Assembly (NCBI GenBank): GCA_027021705.1
Contig: JALUTT010000036.1
Span: forward strand, 1 to 59,911
Direction: 5' to 3'
Origin: Anaerolineae bacterium
GTDB taxonomy: Bacteria > Chloroflexota > Anaerolineae > S140-20
DNA: 59,911 nucleotides
Below the pieces are notes generated by a model that saw nothing but the letters and a program-made list of their open reading frames with translations, was not told where the DNA came from and made no database searches. Positions 19,016-29,175 of this stretch are shown in pieces. The translations under genes and the position numbers were made by a program. The first letter of the stretch is position 1; every line of letters begins with the position of its first letter.

Positions 19016-19711
19016 ATGAACGAGACGGTCCTGGTCATTGACGATGATCGAGACCTGGCTGAGATGGTCAAGATGCAGTTGGAGCACGCCGGCTACCAGG
19101 CTATCGTCGCCTATGCCGGGCTAGAGGGGCTGCAGCGAGCCTATCAGGTCCGCCCTGATTTGGTCATCCTGGACATCATGATGCCGGGAATGGATGGCTG
19201 GGAGGTCTGCAAGCGGCTCCGGGAGCTCTCCACGGTGCCCATCATCATCCTCAGCGCCCGGGGGATGAAGGACGACATCGTGCGCGGACTCGAGGCAGGG
19301 GCCGATGACTACTTGGTCAAACCGTTCAGTGCTGCCGAATTGATCGCCCGGGTCAAGGCTGTGCTTCGGCGGGCCAACAACGGGCGGGGTGGAACCAAGG
19401 GCCGCTCCCGAATCTACTCCAACGGCTACCTGACCATAGATTTCGACCGTCACCTGGTGACCGTCAAAGGGAAGCGGGTGAACCTGACCCCCACCGAGTT
19501 CAAGTTGCTCTCCCTGCTGGTACGCAATGAGGGGCGGGTGCTCCCCCACCGCTACCTCCTAACCCAGGTCTGGGGGCCGGAGTACGCCGACGACGTGGAT
19601 TACATCAAGCTTTACATCCGCTACTTGCGCCAGAAGATCGAGGAGAATCCTTCCCAGCCCGTCTACATCCAGACGGAGTGGGGGGTTGGATACCGCTTCA
19701 GCGAGGTCTAG
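19016..19711 (+). CDS. OmpR/PhoB-family response regulator
   Basis: REC (IDDD, LDIMMP, KPF) plus winged helix (LTPTEF, VWG, LRQKIE, TEWGVGYRF). Confidence 0.96.
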   Translation: MNETVLVIDDDRDLAEMVKMQLEHAGYQAIVAYAGLEGLQRAYQVRPDLVILDIMMPGMDGWEVCKRLRELSTVPIIILSARGMKDDIVRGLEAGADDYLVKPFSAAELIARVKAVLRRANNGRGGTKGRSRIYSNGYLTIDFDRHLVTVKGKRVNLTPTEFKLLSLLVRNEGRVLPHRYLLTQVWGPEYADDVDYIKLYIRYLRQKIEENPSQPVYIQTEWGVGYRFSEV

Positions 19712-19810
19712 CCGGTTATGGTCCCTGCGGATCCTTTTCTGGCCCTTCCCCCTGAGGATCGGTTGAAGCGGAGAGGTGGCCCTTGTCCAAGGGTCCCTGG
19801 ACGATGAGCG

Positions 19811-19833
19811 GAGCCCTATCGTGGGCTCTTTTT
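19811..19833 (+). terminator. Probable intrinsic terminator
   Basis: GAGCCC-TATCGT-GGGCTC-TTTTT. Confidence 0.55.
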
Positions 19834-19999
19834 GGTCTAACCCGATTCTAACAACCCTCTCACTGACTTTCTACTCTGGTATGGTATGGTCATGGCGGGG
19901 GTGGACGAACGTGTACAGGCGTTTGGAGGGGCAACCCTTTGAGAGCGAAGGCAGAGAGAAGCTTGCTGGATTCATGGCATCAATCCACTGGAGGTAACG

Positions 20000-22534
20000 T
20001 TGTCCCCTGCCAACGTGCTCGTCATCGAGGACAATCAGGAGTATGTAAAGTCTCTGCGCCGTCACGTTACCTTGCCCCCGGATTACCAGTGGATCTGGGC
20101 AGCAGATGCGCGAAACGGGCTGCTCCAGGCCCTGGAGGGGGACCCCACTCTCATCCTGCTCGACCTCAGCCTGCCCGACGTTGAAGGCTTGGATTTCCTG
20201 CGGACCCTGCGGGAACGGGGCTGTTACGCGCCCGTCATCCTCCTCACCCCTCGGGGAGCAGAACCTACGGCCCTCCGGGGGCTCCGGCTGGGGGTGCGTG
20301 ACGTTCTGCTGAAGCCCTTCACAGCAGAGGAGATGGCGGAGGCCATCTACGCGGCCCTTCAGGAGGAGCGGCTGGCCAGCGCCCAGGACGACCTGGTCCG
20401 CCGTCTGGCGGCGGCCAACGCAGAACTGGAACGGGCGCTGGGTGATCTGCAGATGCTCCAGGAGATCAGCAAGGAGATCACCTCTCTGCTGGATCTGGAG
20501 GCGGTGCTGGCCCAGGTGGTGAAGGCGGCTGTCCGGGTGGCCGATGCAGAAGAGGGATACCTGTTGATGTGCAACGAGGAGGGCGATGAGCTGTACCTGC
20601 GGGCTGCCCAGAACCTGGGGGAGGAGGCAGCCGCCTCTTTCCGTATTCCTGTGGAGGATAGCATTGCCGGTCAGGTCGTCCGCAGCGGTGAGCCACTGAT
20701 CCTGACGGGCAATCTGGAGGGCTCTTCGATCAAGATCAAGACGGGCTTGTTGGTGCGTTCGCTGGTCGCCGTGCCCCTCAAGGCCCGGGGGCGGACGCTG
20801 GGGGTGCTGGCCGTTGACAACCTGGTGTCCGCACGCACCTTTGGAGAACGGGAGCTGAACCTGCTCCAGACGCTGGCCGACTACGCTGTCATCGCCATCA
20901 CCAACGCCCGCCTCTATGAAGAGGCTTCCCTGAGCCTGGACCGGCAGGTGGGCGAGATGGTCGCCCTGCACCGAATCAGCCACGAGTTGAGTCACCAGGC
21001 CGACGTAGAGGCGCTCAGTTATCAGATCCTCCAACAGGCTCTTCGTGCCCTCAAGGCGGAAGCAGGGGCCGTGGGGTGGCTCACGGCGGAGGGACATCTC
21101 TCCTGGATGGTAGAGGGAGAGCCCGCGTTGACCCGGCGGTGCGGCGGAGGTCAGGAGCCCTATGCTCCCTGCGATCAGGTCTTGCGCACGGGCCGTCCTT
21201 TCTTGCAGGTCCATCCAGCCCATAGCGACCAGGTCCACCCGGACGCCTCCTCAGACGGCCATCAGGGCGTTGCTCAGCTCATCGTCCCCATCGCCCGCGA
21301 CGGGCGGGTCATCGGCCTGATCGGGGTTGAGCGCTCTCGGGCGCTTCCCTTTTCCCAGGCGGATCAGCGTTTCCTGGAGAGCGTGGCTTACCAGGCGGCC
21401 ATGGGGTATGACCACGTCCAGATGGGCCGCCAGATCGTCTGGGCTAAAAGCCAGATGGAGACCTTGCTCCAGAGCTTGGCCGAGGGCGTGCTCTTCCTCG
21501 ACAGGGATCTGCGGATCCAGCAGGCCAATCGGGCGGTGGAGCGCCTGACGGGTTGGGACCTCCAAACGCTGCAGGGGCGATTCTATCCTGAGGTCTTCAC
21601 GCCCCATCGGCATCGGAGCGCCCTGTCCGCGTCGGAGACGCTGCCGGCTCGGGCCTTGCGGGAGAACCAACCGATCTCGTGGGCCGAGGAGGGGGCCTGG
21701 ACCATCGCCTGTCGCAATGGAACACGGCTGCCGGTGGCCGGTGTCGCCGTTCCGCTGCCGGAGGGCCACGGCGATGCCCGGAGCATCGCCTTGATCTTCC
21801 GGGATGTGCGGGCCGAGGTGGAGCTGGCTCGGCTGCGGTCGGAGTTCGCCGCCATCGCCTCGCAGGCCCTGCAGTTGCCGGTGAACAACCTGCAGGCACC
21901 GCTGGCCTGGCTGCTCAGCGGCGAGCTGCCGGAGAGGTTAGAGCCTGAGGTGATCTCCCTGGTTCAGACCCACTGCCTGCGCCTCCACGAGTTGGCCGAC
22001 GAGATGCTCCAGGCGATCCGCCTGCGGCAGGGACAGGCACACTCCCGGCAGGAACCCGTTCCTCTGGCGGCCGTCGCCCGTCACGTGGTCCAGCAGTTCA
22101 CCCTGCTCGCCCCTGAGCACCACTTCGAGGTGGTCGCTCCGCCGGACCTCCCCTTCGCCCTGGGGGATGGGGCCAAGGTCGAAACGGTTCTGGGGCATCT
22201 GCTGGAGAACGCCGTCGCCTACTCGCCCCCAGGCAGTTGCATCCGGATTGCCGTGGAGGCGGACGCCGCGCGGGTGACCTTGCGGGTGCAGGATGAGGGG
22301 ATCGGCATCGCGCCGGAAGAACAAGAGGCTATCTTCCGGCCCTTCTATCGGGTGGACAACGAGCCCAACCGCCTCCGATACAGCCACGGGTTGGGCCTCT
22401 ACATCGCCCGCCGGCTGATCGAGGCACAAAAAGGACGGATTTGGGTGGAGAGCGTTCCTGGTCAGGGAAGTACCTTCGCTTTCGACTTGCCCAGGTGGGA
22501 GGCATCGGATGTCAGCCAAGCTTTTGTTGATTGA
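20000..22534 (+). CDS. Hybrid sensor REC-GAF-GAF-PAS-(degenerate HisKA)-HATPase
   Basis: N-terminal REC (LDLSLP), two GAF domains, PAS, N-box LLENAVAYS, G1 DEGIGI, F-box IFRPFYR, G2 HGLGL; the H-box reads ASQALQLP. Confidence 0.9.
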   Translation: MSPANVLVIEDNQEYVKSLRRHVTLPPDYQWIWAADARNGLLQALEGDPTLILLDLSLPDVEGLDFLRTLRERGCYAPVILLTPRGAEPTALRGLRLGVRDVLLKPFTAEEMAEAIYAALQEERLASAQDDLVRRLAAANAELERALGDLQMLQEISKEITSLLDLEAVLAQVVKAAVRVADAEEGYLLMCNEEGDELYLRAAQNLGEEAAASFRIPVEDSIAGQVVRSGEPLILTGNLEGSSIKIKTGLLVRSLVAVPLKARGRTLGVLAVDNLVSARTFGERELNLLQTLADYAVIAITNARLYEEASLSLDRQVGEMVALHRISHELSHQADVEALSYQILQQALRALKAEAGAVGWLTAEGHLSWMVEGEPALTRRCGGGQEPYAPCDQVLRTGRPFLQVHPAHSDQVHPDASSDGHQGVAQLIVPIARDGRVIGLIGVERSRALPFSQADQRFLESVAYQAAMGYDHVQMGRQIVWAKSQMETLLQSLAEGVLFLDRDLRIQQANRAVERLTGWDLQTLQGRFYPEVFTPHRHRSALSASETLPARALRENQPISWAEEGAWTIACRNGTRLPVAGVAVPLPEGHGDARSIALIFRDVRAEVELARLRSEFAAIASQALQLPVNNLQAPLAWLLSGELPERLEPEVISLVQTHCLRLHELADEMLQAIRLRQGQAHSRQEPVPLAAVARHVVQQFTLLAPEHHFEVVAPPDLPFALGDGAKVETVLGHLLENAVAYSPPGSCIRIAVEADAARVTLRVQDEGIGIAPEEQEAIFRPFYRVDNEPNRLRYSHGLGLYIARRLIEAQKGRIWVESVPGQGSTFAFDLPRWEASDVSQAFVD

Positions 22535-23213
22535 TGATTCCGAGGAGATCCAGGCTCTCGTGGGACTCTTCCTAGAGAAGGAAGGGTATCAGGTCATCCG
22601 GGCGCGCAATGGCCGAGAGGGGCTGCGCAAGCTGGCCCACGAAAGGCCTGACCTGATCCTGCTGGACATTATGATGCCGGAGGTGGACGGCTGGGAAACC
22701 TGCCGTCAGGTACGCGAGGTCTCCAATGTTCCCATCATCATGCTGACGGCGAAGGGGCAGGAGCGGGACATCGTGCGCGGGCTGGAGATGGGGGCCGACG
22801 ACTACGTGACCAAACCTTTCGATCTGGCCGAGCTGCGTGCCCGCATCCGAGCCCTTCTCCGGCGGGCCACAGAGATGAGCCCCGAGGATTCCCAACCCAA
22901 GCTCTTTGACGACGGCTACCTGCGTGTGGACCTGGAGCGGCGGCTCGTGACGGTCGAGGGCAAGGGAGTGGACCTGACCCCCACGGAGTACCGGCTGCTG
23001 GCCGCGCTGGTCCAGCAGGCCGGGCGCGTCATCCCCCACCGCCAACTGCTCAAGCAGGTATGGGGGCCGGAGTACGGCGACGAGGTCCACTACCTGAAGC
23101 TCTACGTGCGCTATCTGCGTCAGAAACTGGAAAAGGACCCCAGCCATCCCTACTACATCCTGACCGAATGGGGTGTGGGCTACCGTTTCCGCGACTTCCC
23201 CGGTAGGGATTGA
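22509..23213 (+). CDS. OmpR/PhoB-family response regulator (paralog of 19016)
   Basis: LDIMMP, KPF, LTPTEY, LRQKLE, TEWGVGYRF. Confidence 0.96.
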   Translation: MSAKLLLIDDSEEIQALVGLFLEKEGYQVIRARNGREGLRKLAHERPDLILLDIMMPEVDGWETCRQVREVSNVPIIMLTAKGQERDIVRGLEMGADDYVTKPFDLAELRARIRALLRRATEMSPEDSQPKLFDDGYLRVDLERRLVTVEGKGVDLTPTEYRLLAALVQQAGRVIPHRQLLKQVWGPEYGDEVHYLKLYVRYLRQKLEKDPSHPYYILTEWGVGYRFRDFPGRD

Positions 23214-23219
23214 CGGAGG

Positions 23220-25220
23220 ATGTCCATGACCTTCTCCTGGCGTCTGATCTGGAGGCTGGTGAAGCAGTGGTGGTGGTTGCTGGTGGTCGGCGCTGTGCTG
23301 GCCGGCGGCACCGGCTACTACTTCGCGTCTAGGAAGCCCAACATCTACGCCGCCCGCACCACCTTGATGGTTGGGGCCAACATCCGTAACCCGGACCCCA
23401 ACTCCCGCGACTTCGGATTGACCGTCACACTGGCCCAAATCTACGGGGAGATGGCCAAGCGCCGGCCCATCACCCAGGCTGTCGTGGACCGGCTGGACCT
23501 GCCGATGGAGTGGTGGGACCTGGCGGGGCGGATCGAGACCCGGGTGAACCCGACGGCCCAGCTCCTGGAGATCACCGTCTTCGACACCGACCCTCAGGTG
23601 GCCGCGTTGCTGGCCAACGCTGTGGCCGAGGAGCTGGTGCACCAGAGCCCCGCTTCCCAGGAGGGGGTGGAGCGCGAGTTCGTGCTCAAGGAGCTGAACG
23701 ATACCCAGGCCAAGATCGAGGAGGCCCAGGCCCAGATTGACGAGCTGCGGGACAAGATGCTGGGCATGACCTCGGCGGTGGAGCTATCCGAAGCCCAGGC
23801 CCGTCTGGCCGAGTTGGAGCAGCTCAAGTCCAACTACCGGGCCGACTACGTGCGGCTGGCCAACCTGCTGAACACCCAATCGCCCAACACCCTGACGATT
23901 ATGGAACCGGCCAGCCCCAGCCGGCGCCCCATCGCCCCCAACCCCAAGAAGAGTGCCGTCATTGCCGCCGTGGCCGGCCTGATCCTGGCGGTGGGAGCTG
24001 TCATCCTGCTGGAGTTCTTCGACGACACCATCTACTGGTACGGCGAGCAGGAGTCCATCGTCGGTGCCCGCCTGTTGGGGACCATCGGGCGCTTCCCCGC
24101 CAAGAGCGACAAGGTGATCGTGCGTCGGGCTCCCCGCTCCCCGGCCGCCGAGATGGTCCGCCAGCTCCGTTCGAAGATCCTACTGGCGCAGCCGGGTCGT
24201 ACCTTTCGGACCCTCCTGGTCACCAGTGCGGCCCCCCAGGATGGCAAGACGGTGGCGGTGGCCAACCTGGGCGCGGCCATGGCTTCGGCGGGCATGCGCA
24301 CCGTGGTCGTGGACGCCGATTTTCGGGCTCCCTCCCTCCACGAGTCCTTCGACCTGCCCAACGTCCTGGGCCTGGCCGAGCTGTTGAGCGCCGGGCGGGA
24401 CGAGTACCGGGCGCTTCTGGACAAGGCGCTGCTGGAGACCAATGTGGAGCACCTGACCCTGTTACCGGCAGGGCGGCCTCCTCTCGATCCGACGATGCTC
24501 CTGACCTCCCCCCGCTTCCCCGAGCTGCTGGACCTGCTCCTGGAGCGCTTCGACGCCATCGTGATGGACAGCCCGCCGGTCCTGCTGGCCCCCGACGCGG
24601 TGATCCTGGCCACCCGGGCCGACGGGACGGTGATGGTCGTCAGCGCCGAGCACACCAGCCGGCAGGCGGCCCGACGGGCCATCAAGGTGCTGCAGGACCA
24701 GGAAGGGGTGAACTTCCTGGGCGTCGTCGTCAACCGCATCCCGTTGCACCACTACGCCTACTACCTCCCTCCCCAGGTCACCGGCGAGGCGGCTGCTGCC
24801 TCGTTCCCCCACCGCGTCTGGCGTCGGCTAACCAGCTTTCTAAAGCCCATCCGCCATCGCCTGGGGCTGGGCCGGGAGCGCATCCACGAGGATGGACGGG
24901 TGCTCCTTTCCCTGGCCGAGGCTGCCCACCTGCTGGGGGTGCGCAAGGAGACGGCCCGCCGGTGGTGTGCCAGCGGCCGGCTCCCCGCCGTCAAGCGGGG
25001 CCTGCGCTGGTGGGTTGAGGAGGAGGCCCTTCAGGCGATGCTGAACGTCCGGCTGGGATGGGACCTCGACGGATGGCGTGAGGTCGTGGGAAGGAAAGTG
25101 GATGGAGCGGAGGAAGGGGAAGAGGGAACGGGGCAACAAGGCGACGTGGCCCCGGCGGTGGAGCCGGTCGCCGTGGATTCCAACCTTGTGAGGGAAGAGG
25201 ATGCTGACGGACCTGCGTGA
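23220..25220 (+). CDS. Wzc-like polysaccharide co-polymerase/BY-kinase with a C-terminal excisionase-type HTH
   Basis: Wzz-like region with two TM helices and a coiled coil; TSAAPQDGKT, VVVDADFR, MDSPP; Tyr cluster HHYAYY; LSLAEAAHLLGV...RRW...GRLPAVK. Confidence 0.9.
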   Translation: MSMTFSWRLIWRLVKQWWWLLVVGAVLAGGTGYYFASRKPNIYAARTTLMVGANIRNPDPNSRDFGLTVTLAQIYGEMAKRRPITQAVVDRLDLPMEWWDLAGRIETRVNPTAQLLEITVFDTDPQVAALLANAVAEELVHQSPASQEGVEREFVLKELNDTQAKIEEAQAQIDELRDKMLGMTSAVELSEAQARLAELEQLKSNYRADYVRLANLLNTQSPNTLTIMEPASPSRRPIAPNPKKSAVIAAVAGLILAVGAVILLEFFDDTIYWYGEQESIVGARLLGTIGRFPAKSDKVIVRRAPRSPAAEMVRQLRSKILLAQPGRTFRTLLVTSAAPQDGKTVAVANLGAAMASAGMRTVVVDADFRAPSLHESFDLPNVLGLAELLSAGRDEYRALLDKALLETNVEHLTLLPAGRPPLDPTMLLTSPRFPELLDLLLERFDAIVMDSPPVLLAPDAVILATRADGTVMVVSAEHTSRQAARRAIKVLQDQEGVNFLGVVVNRIPLHHYAYYLPPQVTGEAAAASFPHRVWRRLTSFLKPIRHRLGLGRERIHEDGRVLLSLAEAAHLLGVRKETARRWCASGRLPAVKRGLRWWVEEEALQAMLNVRLGWDLDGWREVVGRKVDGAEEGEEGTGQQGDVAPAVEPVAVDSNLVREEDADGPA

Positions 25221-25983
25221 GTTGCTGGCGTACCGAGAACTGCTCATCACCTGGGTGGGACGGGACCTCAAGGTCCGCTACAAGCAGTCCCTGATGGGGG
25301 CGGCCTGGGCCATCCTGCAGCCCCTGTCGGCCACCATCATCTTCGCCATCATCTTCTCCCGCTTCGTGCGGGTGCCGACCGGGGGCATTCCCTACCCCAT
25401 CTTCTACTACTCGGCCCTGCTGCCTTGGGCCTTCCTTTCCTCGTCCATCACCTTTGGGGTCTCTAGCTTGGTCAACAACATGAACCTGGTGACCAAGATC
25501 TACTTCCCCCGTGAGATCCTGCCCATCGCCTCGGTGCTGGCCAGCTTCGTGGACTTCCTCATCGCCTCCCTCATCTTCGTGGGGATGATGCTCTTCTACC
25601 GGGTTCCCGTTGGGCTGAGCATTGTCACACTGCCGGTGCTGGTGCTCATTCAGATCGTCCTCACGGTGGGGATCGTGCTGGCGGCCTCGGCGATGAACGT
25701 CTACTACCGGGACATCCGGTTCGTCGTCCCCGTGGGGCTGCAGCTCTGGATGTACCTGACGCCCATCATCTATCCGGTGACGCTGGTGCCGGAGCGGTTT
25801 CGGGGCCTCTACATGCTCAACCCGATGGCCGGCCTGATTGACAGCTACCGTCGGGTGATCCTGAAGGCCCAGTGGCCCAACCCCTTCTACCTGGTGACGG
25901 CCGCGGCCATCTCCCTGCTCATCTTCGCTGTGGCCTACACCTATTTCAAGCGCTCCGAAGCCCTCTTCGCCGACATCATCTGA
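25201..25983 (+). CDS. wzm: Polysaccharide ABC exporter permease (Wzm-like)
   Basis: RDLKVRYKQSLMGAAWAILQP, KIYFPRE, YLTPIIYP, LNPM. Confidence 0.92.
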   Translation: MLTDLRELLAYRELLITWVGRDLKVRYKQSLMGAAWAILQPLSATIIFAIIFSRFVRVPTGGIPYPIFYYSALLPWAFLSSSITFGVSSLVNNMNLVTKIYFPREILPIASVLASFVDFLIASLIFVGMMLFYRVPVGLSIVTLPVLVLIQIVLTVGIVLAASAMNVYYRDIRFVVPVGLQLWMYLTPIIYPVTLVPERFRGLYMLNPMAGLIDSYRRVILKAQWPNPFYLVTAAAISLLIFAVAYTYFKRSEALFADII

Positions 25984-26010
25984 CACGCAACGCGGTCTGG
26001 AGAACGCTCT

Positions 26011-27273
26011 ATGCCGGTCATTCGTTTCGAGAACGTCCACAAAGCCTACTACCTGGACCGGGGACGGGGAAGCCTGCGCGACGCCATCCCGGCTGCCGCC
26101 CGGCGGCTGCTGGGCCGCCGCAACGGGCGGGAGGAGCGCGTCCTCTGGGCCCTCAAGGGGGTCTCCTTCACCGTCGAGAAGGGGGAGACGCTGGGCATCG
26201 TCGGACCCAACGGGGCGGGCAAGACCACCATCCTCAAGCTCCTCTCCCGGGTCACCCGCCCCACCAGCGGCGAGATCGAGGTCCAGGGGCGCGTCTCCGC
26301 CCTCATCGAGCTGGGGGCTGGCTTCCACCCCGACCTGACGGGCCGGGAGAACATCTACCTGAACGCCGCCATCCTGGGGCTCAGCCGCCGCGAGGTGGAA
26401 GAGCGGATCGAGAGCATCATTGACTTCGCCGAGCTCTGGGACTTCATTGATGTGCCCGTCAAGCGCTACTCGTCGGGGATGTACGTTCGGCTGGGCTTCG
26501 CCGTCGCCGCCCACGTGGACCCCGACGTGCTCTTGGTGGATGAGGTCCTGGCCGTCGGCGACTATATGTTCAAGGACAAGTGCATCCGGCGGATCAACGA
26601 GTTCCGGGACGCCGGCAAGAGCATGATCATCGTCTCTCACAACAAGGAGCAGATCCAGAAGCTGTGCGACCGGGCCATCCTCCTCCACCGGGGCCAGATC
26701 GTCTACGCCGGCGACACCGGCGAGGTGCTGGAGCGGTACTACACCGAGTTCGCCGGTCAGGACCTGCGCCAGGGGCCGAACGGTCGCCACCGGAGGGAGC
26801 AGGGGGACCGCCCTATCGAGATCACCAAGGTCGTGCTGCTGGATGGGGAAGGGGAGCCTCGCAACGCCTTCGTGACCGCCGAACCGATGACCTTGCAGAT
26901 CCACTTCCGGGCCCACGAGCGGATCGAGAACCCCGTCTTCTACGCCCGGGTGCGCAACGAGCGGGGAACGCTACACGGCACGACGACGGCCCGTTTTGAT
27001 CTGAACCGCACCTTCGAGGCCGGTGAGGAGGGGGTGGCCGTCGTCCACTACGAGAGCCTGAACCTGTTGACCGGTCACTACACCATCAACGTCGGCATCA
27101 AGCGGGACCACTTCTCGCCCTTCACCTTCGACCGCATAGACGACGCGGTTAGCTTCAGCGTCGGGGCCCGTTTCGATCAGGGGGGCGCTCTCGTCTACTT
27201 GCCCCACCGCTGGACCTTTCAAGAACCGGAGCAGGCAACACCCAACGCGCAGCACGTAACCCATCCCACGTAA
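26011..27273 (+). CDS. wzt: Polysaccharide ABC exporter ATPase with C-terminal carbohydrate-binding domain (Wzt-like)
   Basis: GPNGAGKTT, YSSGMYVRLGF, LVDEVLAVGD, plus a C-terminal Ig-like extension. Confidence 0.94.
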   Translation: MPVIRFENVHKAYYLDRGRGSLRDAIPAAARRLLGRRNGREERVLWALKGVSFTVEKGETLGIVGPNGAGKTTILKLLSRVTRPTSGEIEVQGRVSALIELGAGFHPDLTGRENIYLNAAILGLSRREVEERIESIIDFAELWDFIDVPVKRYSSGMYVRLGFAVAAHVDPDVLLVDEVLAVGDYMFKDKCIRRINEFRDAGKSMIIVSHNKEQIQKLCDRAILLHRGQIVYAGDTGEVLERYYTEFAGQDLRQGPNGRHRREQGDRPIEITKVVLLDGEGEPRNAFVTAEPMTLQIHFRAHERIENPVFYARVRNERGTLHGTTTARFDLNRTFEAGEEGVAVVHYESLNLLTGHYTINVGIKRDHFSPFTFDRIDDAVSFSVGARFDQGGALVYLPHRWTFQEPEQATPNAQHVTHPT

Positions 27274-27312
27274 CGTGCCCCACGTAGGCGGGCGCATCGG
27301 AGACAGACGGCT

Positions 27313-29037
27313 ATGGCTCATCGCAAGACCTTTATCCTGAGCATAGACAGCGGCTGTTGGGACTACCTGGACCCCCTCCTGGCCCAGGGGCGGATGCCCA
27401 ACCTGGAGCGGCTGATCCAACAGGGTAGCCGGGGGGTGCTGGAATCCACCATACCCCCCATCACCCCCGTGGCCTTCGCATCCTTCATTACGGGCCTCAA
27501 CCCCGGCAAGCACGGCATCTTCGACTGGGCCGTGCGTCGGGGCCGGGGCTTTCAGTCGGCCAGCGCCGTCTCCCGGCGGGGCACCCCCTTCTGGCACTAC
27601 CTGAACGCCCAAGGGGTGCGGGTGGGTCTCTTGAACATCCCGATGACCTACCCTCCTCAGCCGCTGGACGGCTTCCTTATTGCCGGCATCGTCGTGCCCC
27701 GCTCGGCCCGCGACTTCACCTATCCCCGCCCATTGTTGGAGGCCATTGAGCAGCGGCACGGCCCTTACGAGGTAGAGGTCTCCCGTCGCCCGGCTCCGCC
27801 GGACCAATGTGCCTGCCCCGACGGGGACCTGGACCTGGACGTCGAGGACCCCGTTCGTCCGGTAGCCCACGGCGGCGATCCCGAAGCCTACCTGCAGGCG
27901 TGGCTGGAGCAGGAGCGGCGACAGACCGACATCGCCCTGGAGCTGATAGACGAGTACCAGGTGGACGTTTTGGCCTTCAACTACGTCTCCCTAGATCGGC
28001 TCAACCACTTCGCCAGTTGCTTTGAGCACGTGGAGCGGGCGCTGGAGAACGTGGATGCCCAGATTGGCCGCTTTATGGAGCGCTTCCCGGAGGCCAACTA
28101 CATCGTTATGTCCGACCACGGCTCCCGCCGCATCCAAGGGGCCTTCCTGCTGGGCAAGTGGCTGGCCGAGCACGGCTACCTGCGCTATGGGGAGCAGAAC
28201 CTGCGCATTCCCCGCCACGAGGTGAACTTCGTCCTGACCCGGCTCTTCCAGGAGCACTACGGCTGGCGTGGCGTTGGCGAGCGGATAGCGCGGCGGCTGG
28301 TGGGTAGTTTGTTACAGGTCTTCCCGCCGGCGCTGTTGGAACCCCTCTGGAAGCGGCTGGCCGCTCAGGCTCCCGATGCCTTCACCTACCGCTTCACCAG
28401 CCGCGTGGACTGGCCCCGCACCCAGGTCTACGCCCGTTCCCCCAACGGTCCTCTCTTCATCAACCTGCGGGGGCGCGATGAGCATGGCTGGGTGCGACCG
28501 GGACGGCAGTACGAAGCCATCCGCGAAGCGGTCATCGCCGACCTGCGCCGCGTCCGCGATCCCTTCACCGGAGAGCCCCTCTTCCAGCGGATCTACCGTC
28601 GCGAGGAGCTGTACCAGGGTGAAGCTGCTGCCGAGGCCCCGGACATCATTCTCGACCCCTACGGGTCCAGCTGCGACCTCATCGTGGACAACAGCCCTCA
28701 GGCCTTCCACTTCGTGAACCGGCTCACCCGCTTTGGGGACCACTCCCACGAGGGCCTCTTCGTCCTCAGCGGCCCTGATTTCGCCCGACTGCCGGATGGG
28801 GAGCATCGGGCGTCCATCCTGGACATCCCGGCGACCCTGCTCCATCTGTACAACGTGCCCATTCCTGAGAACTTCGATGGACGGGTGCTCACCGACCTGC
28901 TGGCGGCCGACTTCCTGCGCCGTCACCCGGTGCGCACCCAGGCCGCCGATGGCGATGGGGCCGGTCCTCAGCGCGAGTACAGCGATGAGGAGATGGCCCA
29001 ACTGACCGAACACCTGCGCGAACTCGGCTACCTGTAG
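27313..29037 (+). CDS. Alkaline phosphatase superfamily protein (type I phosphodiesterase/nucleotide pyrophosphatase-like)
   Basis: LSIDS, LESTIPPITP...TG.NPGKHGIFD, MSDHG, GDH, C-terminal LRELGYL. Confidence 0.88.
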   Translation: MAHRKTFILSIDSGCWDYLDPLLAQGRMPNLERLIQQGSRGVLESTIPPITPVAFASFITGLNPGKHGIFDWAVRRGRGFQSASAVSRRGTPFWHYLNAQGVRVGLLNIPMTYPPQPLDGFLIAGIVVPRSARDFTYPRPLLEAIEQRHGPYEVEVSRRPAPPDQCACPDGDLDLDVEDPVRPVAHGGDPEAYLQAWLEQERRQTDIALELIDEYQVDVLAFNYVSLDRLNHFASCFEHVERALENVDAQIGRFMERFPEANYIVMSDHGSRRIQGAFLLGKWLAEHGYLRYGEQNLRIPRHEVNFVLTRLFQEHYGWRGVGERIARRLVGSLLQVFPPALLEPLWKRLAAQAPDAFTYRFTSRVDWPRTQVYARSPNGPLFINLRGRDEHGWVRPGRQYEAIREAVIADLRRVRDPFTGEPLFQRIYRREELYQGEAAAEAPDIILDPYGSSCDLIVDNSPQAFHFVNRLTRFGDHSHEGLFVLSGPDFARLPDGEHRASILDIPATLLHLYNVPIPENFDGRVLTDLLAADFLRRHPVRTQAADGDGAGPQREYSDEEMAQLTEHLRELGYL

Positions 29038-29044
29038 GACTCAG

Positions 29045-29141
29045 ACCCTCCCACAGGTCCCTCCCACGGCCTGGAGCACGTCGTAGGCAGCCTCCGATAG
29101 GCCATTGCTATCGCCGGGCATCGCGGGACCTGCGGGAGGGT
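29045..29141. repeat. REP-like element, same IR family as 7435-7529
   Basis: ACCCTCCCACAGGTCCC ... GGGACCTGCGGGAGGGT. Confidence 0.8.
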
Positions 29142-29175
29142 GATAGAACACGTAATACACAATACGTAACACGCT

